Source: Saccharofermentans sp.
GTDB taxonomy: Bacteria; Bacillota; Clostridia; Saccharofermentanales; Saccharofermentanaceae
NCBI GenBank assembly: GCA_024685385.1
Contig: JAIKVV010000018.1
Span: forward strand, 12,422 to 76,421
Direction: 5' to 3'
Length of the DNA stretch: 64,000 bases
Below are positions 8,552 through 16,769 of this stretch, one piece after another. Positions within the stretch are counted from its first letter, which is position 1. Every line of letters begins with the position of its first letter. A program made the translations under genes and the position numbers. The notes under the pieces are model-generated. The model was not told where the DNA came from, made no database searches, and saw nothing but the letters and a program-made list of their open reading frames with translations.

Positions 8552-10846
8552 TTATCCTCCGATCTTTGATAACTTATTCATTCCATACAGGGCCTGTCCC
8601 AGAGCAACGCCGCCGTCATTAGGCGGAACTACAGAATGGATCAGGACTTTTTTGCCTTCTTTTTCGAGTCTCTTTTTAACTTCTGTCAGCAGAAGCTTAT
8701 TCTGGAAGCATCCGCCGCTTAAAGCAAATGTATCTATATCCCCTGCAGCATCCAGCGCGCATCTTGCCGCACCTTCGGCAAGCATTAAATGGAAGGTCAT
8801 GGCGAGTTTATCAGGATCTTCACCTTTGATCCTTTCATCAGTTATAAATCTTACGATCTCATCTGTTGCAACGATCTTTCTTCCGGATCCCGATCTTACA
8901 TATTCAATGTCAGGGATCACCGGTTCATTGATATTCCTTTCTGCGGCGAACTGCAGTTCCATTGCAGCATGTCCTTCAAATGTGGATGTCTTCCTGATCC
9001 CGAGGATGGCCGATACTGCATCGAAGAGCCTTCCCGTTGATGTCGACTTGACCGTATTGATCTTCTTTTCGATCATCTTGCTGATCGCCCTGAAAGCATT
9101 CAGATCACAAAGATCGAGCACTCTAATGACATCTTCGCTTCCATCTTTATAGATCGACCCTATCATCGAAAGAGCGATCCGGTAACCTTCACGTGAAGCG
9201 AGGTCACCTCCGCAGTGATCGAAAGGAGCGATGGATCCCGCTCTTTCAAACCCGTCGAGGCTGCATCTTAATATCTCGCCGCCCCAGATCGTGTCATCCT
9301 CACCGAAGCCCGTGCCGTCCAAAGCAATACCCATGACTTCGTCCGTATAGTCGTTCTCCGCCATGCAGGACAATATATGCGCATAATGGTGCTGAACCCT
9401 GATTATCTTTCTGCCGGATTCTTCCGCAAGAAGCGATGAGACATATCTTGGGTGAAGATCGCAGACGGCATATTCAGGATCCGTCTCGAGAAGTTTGTTC
9501 ATCTTGATAACTGACGACTTCAAGACTTCTGAAGACCTCATATCTTCCATGTCTCCGATGTAAGATGACGGATAGAAGAGATTGTCATGCGCTATGCAGA
9601 ATGTATTTTTTAGATCTGCTCCGTATGCGACAAGCTCACCTTTAAATTCTTTGCTCAGCATCATGGGCAGCGGAGCATATCCCCGGGAACGTCTGATCAT
9701 ATAGAGTTTCCCGTCGAGCGTATCCGTGACCGAATCATCGGTCCTGATATTGATGTCCCTGTCGTGGGATAGTATAAGATCACAAAATCCCGACAGCATG
9801 GAGAATGCTTCTTCATCCGTCGATGCTATGGGAGCGCCCGAGACATTGCCCGATGTCATAATGAGAACGGGACTTACCAATGTGTCATCCTTATAATCAA
9901 AGATCAAACAATGCAAAGGAGCATAAGGCAGCATAACGCCTATAGTGGGATTGCCGGGAGCAACCTTTTCGGACAGGAAAGGTACTCCTTCCCCCTCTTT
10001 CTTATCAAGAAGGACTATGGGCTTGTTATGGCCCGTAAGGATCTCTTCTTTGAAAGGATCCGTCTTGCAGTATCTTCTTACCGTATCGATATCTTTCATC
10101 ATCACGGCAAAAGGCTTATGGGGTCTTGATTTAAGCTGTCTTAATCTTTCGACGGCAGCATCGTTTGCCGCATCACAGCAAAGGTGGAATCCTCCTATGC
10201 CCTTTACAGCGATAACCTTGCCAAGAGCGACTGCTGATCTAGCCGTTCTTATGGCTTCCTCACCTTTAATGTCAGTTCCGGCGATGTAAACAGAAGGTCC
10301 GCAGTCATTGCAGCAGACCGGCTGGGCATCGTATCTTCTGGATGAAGGATCATAATATTCTTTCTCGCATACGGAGCACATGGGGAATTTCCTCATCGAT
10401 GTCCTGGGTCTGTCGTAAGGCAAAGAATCCAGGATCGTAAGGCGGGGACCGCAGGATGTGCAGTTAATGAAAGGATGGAGATACCTTCTGTCATTCTTGT
10501 CATAAAGTTCGGAAAGACATTCATCGCAAATTGCAATATCGGGAGATACGAAGATCTCTCCTTCAACCTTGCTGCTCTCTATGATCTCGAAAGTCTTATA
10601 TTTCTCATCAGGATCTTTTTCCTTGATATCCATCTTTAATACAGCGGAACGCTTGGGCGGCTCGTACTTTATCTTATCGATGAATTTTTTAACATCATCT
10701 TCTTCCCCCTGCGCCAAAATCTCAACGAAAGGTCCTTTGTTGCATACATATCCCGTGACAGCGCATGCTGATGCGTGTCTTGCAACGGTAGGTCTCATGC
10801 CTACTCCCTGGACTATGCCGTAAACCTTGATCCTGACGCTCTTCAT
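8552..10846 (-). CDS. hypF: Carbamoyltransferase HypF
   Basis: 764 aa. Acylphosphatase N-domain (VQGVGMRP), two CxxC-x18-CxxC zinc fingers (CDEC...CTSC and CSVC...CNDC), then YrdC-like and Kae1-like halves. Confidence 0.92.
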   Translation of the reverse strand: MKSVRIKVYGIVQGVGMRPTVARHASACAVTGYVCNKGPFVEILAQGEEDDVKKFIDKIKYEPPKRSAVLKMDIKEKDPDEKYKTFEIIESSKVEGEIFVSPDIAICDECLSELYDKNDRRYLHPFINCTSCGPRLTILDSLPYDRPRTSMRKFPMCSVCEKEYYDPSSRRYDAQPVCCNDCGPSVYIAGTDIKGEEAIRTARSAVALGKVIAVKGIGGFHLCCDAANDAAVERLRQLKSRPHKPFAVMMKDIDTVRRYCKTDPFKEEILTGHNKPIVLLDKKEGEGVPFLSEKVAPGNPTIGVMLPYAPLHCLIFDYKDDTLVSPVLIMTSGNVSGAPIASTDEEAFSMLSGFCDLILSHDRDINIRTDDSVTDTLDGKLYMIRRSRGYAPLPMMLSKEFKGELVAYGADLKNTFCIAHDNLFYPSSYIGDMEDMRSSEVLKSSVIKMNKLLETDPEYAVCDLHPRYVSSLLAEESGRKIIRVQHHYAHILSCMAENDYTDEVMGIALDGTGFGEDDTIWGGEILRCSLDGFERAGSIAPFDHCGGDLASREGYRIALSMIGSIYKDGSEDVIRVLDLCDLNAFRAISKMIEKKINTVKSTSTGRLFDAVSAILGIRKTSTFEGHAAMELQFAAERNINEPVIPDIEYVRSGSGRKIVATDEIVRFITDERIKGEDPDKLAMTFHLMLAEGAARCALDAAGDIDTFALSGGCFQNKLLLTEVKKRLEKEGKKVLIHSVVPPNDGGVALGQALYGMNKLSKIGG

Positions 10847-11859
10847 GAATCGTCACCCGCAGAAGATACCGCATAGTGCGGAAGGATCATGACTCTGCCT
10901 TTATAATCGGGGATCAAAGGCAGATAAGTTGCATCACAAACGAGGTTATCAAAACCGCCATTCATTACAAGATGTGTAAATTCATCTTCTTCCGTGAGGA
11001 TGAGATCTCCTTCCTGCTTGAGCTCATCATGAAGAGTAAAAAATGTTGCGGCAGTAACGTCTGATCCGGACTTATTCCTTATCGAATATCCCGCGACTTC
11101 ATCATGGACGACCAATGTCCTGCCTTCCGGTATAACAAGATCAAAGACTGCAGGATCTTCGATCTTATATTCTGTTCCAAACCTGCTGTTTAATTTCTTC
11201 ACGATGTCAATGCCGCATGATGAAACTGCGACATTAAGGATGTTGGACGATGCATCCATAACATCTTCCAAAGAAGCGCCGCAGCCGTACATACGGACAT
11301 TCCCGTAGCCTTGTTTCTTATAATATTCAAAGACCTTGTCGCGAGAAGACCTTCCCATATCAAGGGGAAGCGCGCCGAATATTCCGACTGTATTTTCATC
11401 GGATGGTCTTTCATCCTTTGCAAACTTTTCGAAAAGCCTCACATATGCATCAGATGCACCCCTGTCATAGAGACGCATGCCGTTTGAGGAAACAGCGACA
11501 CAAGGCTTCCCTGTCTTGCGTTCGATCATGTATGTGAGAGCATTATAGTCAGTAGCTATTACGGCCGGAACGGGAGTTCCTACGAGAGCCGTAAACTTAT
11601 ATTCTCCCGCCTCATGGGCTTTGACTATCTTCTTTACGAGAAGCTCATCTCTTCCCAGGATCGCATCCATGTCGCGGAGACCCGCAGAGAATATGCCGGC
11701 AGCAGTATCCTGCCATCTGGGCTCATCAAATCCGCATATGTTGCCGGTGCAGCCGCCTGCATCGATTATCACTATCAGAGCAGCGGAATCGTAAAGAACT
11801 CCGACGGCTCCGGACTGGTCAGGTGCAAATGGCGTCAATACTTTACGAAGACCTTTCAT
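10843..11859 (-). CDS. Nitrogenase component-1-type oxidoreductase, NifK/NifN/BchB-like small partner (pair 1)
   Basis: 338 aa. Motifs DAGGCTGNICGFDEPRW, SAGLRDMDAILGRD and GKPCVAVSSNG. Paralog of the 3568-4728 product. 4-nt overlaps at both ends. Confidence 0.7.
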   Translation of the reverse strand: MKGLRKVLTPFAPDQSGAVGVLYDSAALIVIIDAGGCTGNICGFDEPRWQDTAAGIFSAGLRDMDAILGRDELLVKKIVKAHEAGEYKFTALVGTPVPAVIATDYNALTYMIERKTGKPCVAVSSNGMRLYDRGASDAYVRLFEKFAKDERPSDENTVGIFGALPLDMGRSSRDKVFEYYKKQGYGNVRMYGCGASLEDVMDASSNILNVAVSSCGIDIVKKLNSRFGTEYKIEDPAVFDLVIPEGRTLVVHDEVAGYSIRNKSGSDVTAATFFTLHDELKQEGDLILTEEDEFTHLVMNGGFDNLVCDATYLPLIPDYKGRVMILPHYAVSSAGDDS

Positions 11860-13148
11860 GACAAAGCCTCCTCTATCGCATCGATGAGCTTGACTATTCC
11901 CTTGTAGCCATAAGGCTGAACATCCGAATTCCAGGGGATGTTCGGAACATCGGGACAGTAGTATGCGGCATCCTTGCCGAGAGTCAGATCAGGGGCATCT
12001 TCTGATGCCGAATAATTGATCATGGAAGGATCAAGATTACAAAAGAGCATAGTATCAGGAGATAACTCAGCCAGTTTCTTAACATAGACAAAGTAATCCG
12101 GAGAGAGAGTCGCATAGATCTCACCGACCTTCATACCGTATCTGGTGAGCGTCAGCGCAAGTTCAAAAGGATTGGCGTTGATGCATTCACCGATATTTAC
12201 TTTCCTGCCTTTGTATTTCTCCATGAAAGCCCTGATCTTATCTTCCGCCTCATCATAGAAGACCGTATCATCCATCCCGGTTCCCAGGATCTGTCCCAAA
12301 GCCTTATACTGCTTTGCAACCTGATCTATCCCGTAGACTCTTGTAAGCCCCGCATAAGGGATCTTCAAGTTGTTATACATGTCTTCTGCCGCAGGATTTG
12401 CTTCGTTATTGAGGACCAGGTTAAGATTTGCCTGACTCATCTTAAGAAATTCATCGTAACTATTACAAGTTCCGATCTGTCTTATATCATCAAATCCGAT
12501 GCTCTTTAAGAGTTCAAACATCTCGCAGTCAGGATCTACGGGAGCAAAGAAACCAAGGAGATTTATTGCATTCCCTTTCCTTACTGAGGGGGCAAGCAGA
12601 GAATATATCTGCTGCCTTACATCCACCATCGGAGGTCTCCTGCCTTCACGCGTTAATGCATACATATAGCAGGGCGCGACACGGACGCCTTCCACAAGTT
12701 CTTCGCACCTTGCGCAGACTCTTTTCATATCCGTCCCCAACAGCGCATCAACACAGGTTATGCATATCATTACGGCCCTGGGCCTTACTTCGCAGAATTC
12801 CACTATCTCCTTAACTGCCTCAGGGATCTTCTTAAGATGCCTTGAAGTAACAAGATCCGTTTCGTCCATCATCAGATAGAAGAACCTGCCGTTATACTCG
12901 GGATTTTTCGTTACATATCTGGTATTTCTTCCGCAGCAGCCGGGAGCCACTATCAGCATGACGGATTCGGGCACTGCAAGTCCTGCCCTCTTAACGCCGA
13001 ATCCTTCCGCGCCCGGGGAGTTATATGCAAGCGTTGCAGGCGAACTATAGACAAGGCCCTCATTTCCCTTCAACCCGGAAGGGATATTGTCCTTGCCCAA
13101 AGATGCTATATAGCCCGCTTTATAACTTACTGCTCCTGCCATTATCAC
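11856..13148 (-). CDS. Nitrogenase component-1-type oxidoreductase, NifD/NifE/BchN-like large partner (pair 1)
   Basis: 430 aa. VAPGCCGRN, and [13 protein letters not shown] which resembles the NifD/NifE CxxxxIGDD region. 4-nt overlap with the NifH-like gene stop. Confidence 0.65.
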   Translation of the reverse strand: MIMAGAVSYKAGYIASLGKDNIPSGLKGNEGLVYSSPATLAYNSPGAEGFGVKRAGLAVPESVMLIVAPGCCGRNTRYVTKNPEYNGRFFYLMMDETDLVTSRHLKKIPEAVKEIVEFCEVRPRAVMICITCVDALLGTDMKRVCARCEELVEGVRVAPCYMYALTREGRRPPMVDVRQQIYSLLAPSVRKGNAINLLGFFAPVDPDCEMFELLKSIGFDDIRQIGTCNSYDEFLKMSQANLNLVLNNEANPAAEDMYNNLKIPYAGLTRVYGIDQVAKQYKALGQILGTGMDDTVFYDEAEDKIRAFMEKYKGRKVNIGECINANPFELALTLTRYGMKVGEIYATLSPDYFVYVKKLAELSPDTMLFCNLDPSMINYSASEDAPDLTLGKDAAYYCPDVPNIPWNSDVQPYGYKGIVKLIDAIEEALS

Positions 13149-13897
13149 CCTTCTCCTTTAAGGAGGTCTTCCGCAAGTTTCTTAAAGCAAAGGGAAGCTT
13201 CGCAATCAGGGGCACCTTCGATTACGGTCATGCCCTGATCTTCACAGATATTGATATCATCGCTTCTCGGGATCCTGCCTACGACCGGAACATTATGTTC
13301 CTCTGCAAAGGCCTCGACTTTCCGGTCCTCATCGGGGATATTCCTGTGGTTTAAGACAAGTCCTTCCACCCTTGCATAACTTCTCTCTTCAAAATTCTTT
13401 ACCGCCGTGATTATGTTGTTGGCTGCATAAAGGGCCATCTTCTCGCCCGATGTAACTATAAGGACCTTCTCGGCATAGCCCTGTCTTATGGGAGCCGCAA
13501 AACCGCCGCATACGACATCGCCCAGAACATCGTAGAGAACCACATCCGGCTTTACTTTATCGAAAAGAGCAAGCTCATCGATGAGATCGAAAGTCGCGAT
13601 TATGCCTCTGCCGGCACAGCCCAGGCCCGGTGTGGGGCCCCCGGTCTCGATGCATACGACTCCGCTGAATCCGACACGGGAAATATCTTCGTATGTATCT
13701 ATGTCAGCTTCGTCGCGGAGCATATCGATAACGGGCTTGACAGTATTGCCTCCCAAAAGGTTCGTAGTAGAGTCGGCTTTGGGGTCGCACCCTATCTGCA
13801 CGACTTTCTTCCCCATGGAAGCAAAAGCCGCGGCAAGATTTGCTGTTACGGTGGATTTACCGATCCCGCCTTTACCGTATATCGCAAGTTTGAGCAT
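13145..13897 (-). CDS. NifH/BchL/CfbC-family ATPase (nitrogenase iron protein-like reductase component)
   Basis: I moved the start to ATG 13897 ([16 protein letters not shown]), with an AAGGAG RBS 7 nt upstream. P-loop GKGGIGKS and switch I CDPKADST are present. Both [4Fe-4S] cysteines are present, in GCAGRG and DVVCGGF. Confidence 0.85.
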   Translation of the reverse strand: MLKLAIYGKGGIGKSTVTANLAAAFASMGKKVVQIGCDPKADSTTNLLGGNTVKPVIDMLRDEADIDTYEDISRVGFSGVVCIETGGPTPGLGCAGRGIIATFDLIDELALFDKVKPDVVLYDVLGDVVCGGFAAPIRQGYAEKVLIVTSGEKMALYAANNIITAVKNFEERSYARVEGLVLNHRNIPDEDRKVEAFAEEHNVPVVGRIPRSDDINICEDQGMTVIEGAPDCEASLCFKKLAEDLLKGEG

Positions 13898-14006
13898 AAA
13901 AAATCTCCTTGATCCGCGCACGGCAAGGAGAATCCGTCTTAACAGGATATATCTGTCATTGACTATTCCCGCTCGGATGATTCCTTGCCGTCAGAGTCTG
14001 ATTGTT
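13898..14006 (-). promoter_or_regulatory. Structured 5' leader of the 12-gene operon with competing anti-SD pairings
   Basis: In the RNA sense, ACGGCAAGGAAUC (13991-13979) pairs with GAUUCUCCUUGCCGU (13935-13921) as 9 bp, a 2-nt bulge, then 4 bp. The same UCUCCUUG can instead pair with the SD region CAAGGAGA (13912-13905). Confidence 0.4.
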
Positions 14007-14012
14007 TTTTAA

Positions 14013-14040
14013 ATTATATATCATTATAGGATAAATGCAA
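14013..14040 (-). promoter_or_regulatory. Sigma-A-like promoter of the Nif-like/Hyp/Hyd operon
   Basis: On the minus strand: TTGCAT (14040-14035), 16-nt spacer, TATAAT (14018-14013). Confidence 0.5.
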
Positions 14041-14056
14041 CTTAAGCCGTCAGGCG

Positions 14057-14617
14057 TCAGAGTCTTATCCACATCTTGCAGTAAGCCTGTGTCCTTGCAG
14101 CAAAATTATTCCCCTCAAGGAGATTAGCAAGCTCTTCTTTCCCGTACCATTGGGCAGTGATCTCTTCTTCATCCGAAGTACTGGGCTTAAATATGCCTTT
14201 AGCCTTGCCCAGGATGCACATGCTCTTCTCATTCGTTATGCCTACGCCTGAATAACTGACGGGCCAGATCTCGTCTACTGATATGAGTTCAAGCCCTGTT
14301 TCCTCCTCAAGTTCACGCTTGGCAGCTTCTTCGGGGGTCTCTCCTTCATCGATGAGCCCTGCAGGGAAATTATAAGCAAAATCCCCTACCGCCATCCTGA
14401 ATTCCTTGTTGAGCAGGATCTTGGAACCGTCTTCACTTGTTACGATCAGGATGACCGCATCACATTTATTGGCTTTAATGTCTTCCAGCGATTTAAGGTC
14501 CTTATTGCGGCTCACCATCTCATAGACCTTGGTGTTTCCCAGGGCCGTCTCATATTCGGCATCGTATGAAGTGATGTATTTTCCTTCATGCGTCTTGCTT
14601 ATTCCCTTAAAGATCAT
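14057..14617 (-). CDS. NUDIX hydrolase (ADP-ribose pyrophosphatase-like)
   Basis: 186 aa with the Nudix box GLIDEGETPEEAAKRELEEETG. Confidence 0.85.
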   Translation of the reverse strand: MIFKGISKTHEGKYITSYDAEYETALGNTKVYEMVSRNKDLKSLEDIKANKCDAVILIVTSEDGSKILLNKEFRMAVGDFAYNFPAGLIDEGETPEEAAKRELEEETGLELISVDEIWPVSYSGVGITNEKSMCILGKAKGIFKPSTSDEEEITAQWYGKEELANLLEGNNFAARTQAYCKMWIRL

Positions 14618-14677
14618 TTTCCCGTTCCTTTTGCGTTTTGATACATATATTTTACACCAAGTTTACCGTTCTTCCCG

Positions 14678-14705
14678 TTAACAATTATCCAAGTTGGGTT
14701 ATAAT
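14678..14705 (+). promoter_or_regulatory. Sigma-A-like promoter for the zinc-ribbon gene
   Basis: TTAACA (14678-14683), 16-nt spacer, TATAAT (14700-14705). A GGGAGG RBS precedes ATG 14737. Confidence 0.5.
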
Positions 14706-14736
14706 TAGGCTACCAAGATAAAGGGAGGATAGAGTT

Positions 14737-15087
14737 ATGTCATTTCAGAGAGCATTGTGGCACAGCGGACTTACATATCAGCAGAGGTGTAAGAACTGCG
14801 GAACACAGATCAGGTATACTGATGAGAGCCTTGATTTCAGACCCTGGTATGCAGACGGCTTCGTAGTCTGCCCCAAGTGCAAGGCCAATATCCGTCACAG
14901 CGAGGCATTCGCCATCAATCCGGACGGAACCCCTTACAACAACGGAACAGGCCCCGTTATGGTTAATCAGGCTGCTCCCGTTCAGCAGGGCGTTGTTTCC
15001 GGCATGATGTATTGCAGCAACTGCGGCAAGCAGTATAATCCCGCAACGGATCATTTCTGTTCGGGCTGTGGCAACAAGCTGGGCTGA
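14737..15087 (+). CDS. Zinc-ribbon domain protein
   Basis: 116 aa. Cysteine pairs CKNCG...CPKC and CSNCG...CSGCG, joined by a Pro/Gln/Val-rich linker. Confidence 0.7.
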   Translation: MSFQRALWHSGLTYQQRCKNCGTQIRYTDESLDFRPWYADGFVVCPKCKANIRHSEAFAINPDGTPYNNGTGPVMVNQAAPVQQGVVSGMMYCSNCGKQYNPATDHFCSGCGNKLG

Positions 15088-15112
15088 CTTATCAGTAGTA
15101 AAGACCTTTTCG

Positions 15113-15144
15113 GGCTGCCTAGGATAAGGCAGCCTTTTCTTTTC
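15113..15144 (+). terminator. Rho-independent terminator
   Basis: GGCTGCCT (15113-15120), 6-nt loop, AGGCAGCC (15127-15134), then TTTTCTTTTC. Confidence 0.7.
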
Positions 15145-15187
15145 GAAAAAAAACCGCAGATCAATTGCTTGACATGCGGTCATCTGC

Positions 15188-15262
15188 TGGAGCCAAAGGT
15201 GGGAATCGAACCCACGACCTATTCATTACGAGTGAATTGCTCTACCCCTGAGCCACTTTGGC
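15188..15262 (-). tRNA. tRNA-Thr (anticodon CGU), CCA encoded
   Basis: The 75-nt cloverleaf was folded by hand. Acceptor GCCAAAG/CUUUGGC, D arm GCUC...GAGC, anticodon stem AUUCA/UGAAU with loop CUCGUAA, T arm GUGGG-UUCGAUU-CCCAC. Confidence 0.95.
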
Positions 15263-15277
15263 TTGAATAGCCTATAA

Positions 15278-15306
15278 AATATACAAGTCTTCAAATTTTC
15301 TGTCAA
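15278..15306 (-). promoter_or_regulatory. Sigma-A-like promoter for tRNA-Thr
   Basis: On the minus strand: TTGACA (15306-15301), 17-nt spacer, TATATT (15283-15278), about 16 nt before the tRNA 5' end. Confidence 0.5.
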
Positions 15307-15374
15307 GTATCAGCAAGTATTTTTAAGTCAAAATCCGTCTTAATGATATAATTGAATCTGAGGTGAAATATATT

Positions 15375-16769
15375 ATGTCAGGCGCACGCTTATCTTCCGC
15401 CATAAGGCTTATTGCATCTGTTACGGCAATATCCGCCGTGATGATGTTCTTCGCCGCCTGCAGACCGGACAAAACCTTAATTCCCGACATTCCTGTTCCA
15501 GATGATACATCCGTCACGGAATCTTCCGCAAGCGAACCTTCCGGCAAGGAAAAGACCGGGCCCGAACTGATCACTCTTAACGTGGCGCTTCCTTATCAGG
15601 AAAGCACCGTCAGATTTCTCGCCTCGATGTATTATGCCAAGAAAAACAAGCTATGGGACAGCTCATATAACGGCATGAACTTTGACCTGACATCTCTTGA
15701 TGCCGTTAATCCCGATTTCATAATCAACTCAACGCTTATCGCAGACGAAGGAATGACTTCCACGGCCCTCAGTTCCATGGAGGACAGCGGGATCAAGCCC
15801 GACCTTTACCTGGCAGCGGACATTAACGATGCAATAGGATCAGGCTTTGCAATGCCGGTCAATGAATTTATGGGAAATGACTCGGCATATGATAATGACA
15901 GGATCTATGCCAACTGTGCGATGCAGTGCATCAAGGACGGCAATTCATACGGCATTCCCCACACCATGTCGGCTGAACTGATCGTCGGAAACAGCGATTA
16001 CATCCCCTCTGAAGGACGTCCTCCGATAATCTATTCCTGTGACGATCTTTCAGAATATCTCGCAAAAATCAAGACCGAGTACACGGGTGTAATCCCTCTT
16101 ATGTCGGCAAGCGACCTCTTCCCTTACATAGGCAGCGCGTTAAATCACGGGATGAGAACATCTTACATGCTGAACGAGGAATATAAGTCTACTCCCTCCT
16201 CAGCAAATTATATTTTCGGAGACGAGAAAGAATATATCGCTTCCTTATATGAATCAGGCCTTTCTGCCGACAGGGATTCCAACGGAGCGTCGCCTGTATA
16301 TTCAAGACAGTGTGCATTATGGGTATCTTCTTCAGCATCTCTTAAGACATGGGAAGCCTACTATCCTTCAAAGATATATACCATCCTGCTTCCCTCCTAT
16401 AACGCAGATAACCAGTCGCCTGCAAATGTTCATGTATATCCTTTGTGTTTAAGGACCGGTTCTGCCAACGGCAAGCTTGCCTGTGATTTTGCATCTTTCA
16501 TCTCTTTCGATACGGATGCCCAGCTGCTCATACAAAGGCTCGAAAACCGTTCCGGCTTCTTCCCGGTAACAAGGAGCAGTGCCGTATGGGATGAGATCAA
16601 CAACGACGCCACATTCGGACAGACATCATATATATTAAGGCAGATCTTGGACAATGCGGAATTTGTTCCCGCAGACGATTGCGATCCTGTCTTCAGAGCC
16701 ACTAAGAACTACTTTAAGGATTTCGGAGCCAAGGACGATTATTCGCTGGAGGAACTTTATGGCAATTGA
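15375..16769 (+). CDS. Lipoprotein, extracellular solute-binding-protein-like (orphan)
   Basis: I moved the start to ATG 15375, 9 nt after a GAGGTG RBS. Signal peptide with lipobox FFAAC. The size and composition fit family-1 solute-binding proteins, but no permease or ATPase genes are adjacent. Confidence 0.5.
   Translation: MSGARLSSAIRLIASVTAISAVMMFFAACRPDKTLIPDIPVPDDTSVTESSASEPSGKEKTGPELITLNVALPYQESTVRFLASMYYAKKNKLWDSSYNGMNFDLTSLDAVNPDFIINSTLIADEGMTSTALSSMEDSGIKPDLYLAADINDAIGSGFAMPVNEFMGNDSAYDNDRIYANCAMQCIKDGNSYGIPHTMSAELIVGNSDYIPSEGRPPIIYSCDDLSEYLAKIKTEYTGVIPLMSASDLFPYIGSALNHGMRTSYMLNEEYKSTPSSANYIFGDEKEYIASLYESGLSADRDSNGASPVYSRQCALWVSSSASLKTWEAYYPSKIYTILLPSYNADNQSPANVHVYPLCLRTGSANGKLACDFASFISFDTDAQLLIQRLENRSGFFPVTRSSAVWDEINNDATFGQTSYILRQILDNAEFVPADDCDPVFRATKNYFKDFGAKDDYSLEELYGN

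Noticed and set aside
3568-13897. Reading the NifH/NifD/NifK-like genes as a nitrogen-fixation (nif) cluster
   Set aside because: The partner subunits are only 338-432 aa. I see no P-cluster or FeMo-co ligand pattern. No nifB, nifV or nifX is present, and the genes are interleaved with hyp and hyd maturases. They are better described as nitrogenase-like (uncharacterised group).
15188-15262. tRNA-Thr as an integration site for a mobile element
   Set aside because: There is no integrase or recombinase. I could not see a direct repeat of the tRNA 3' end nearby. The flanking genes are ordinary chromosomal genes.
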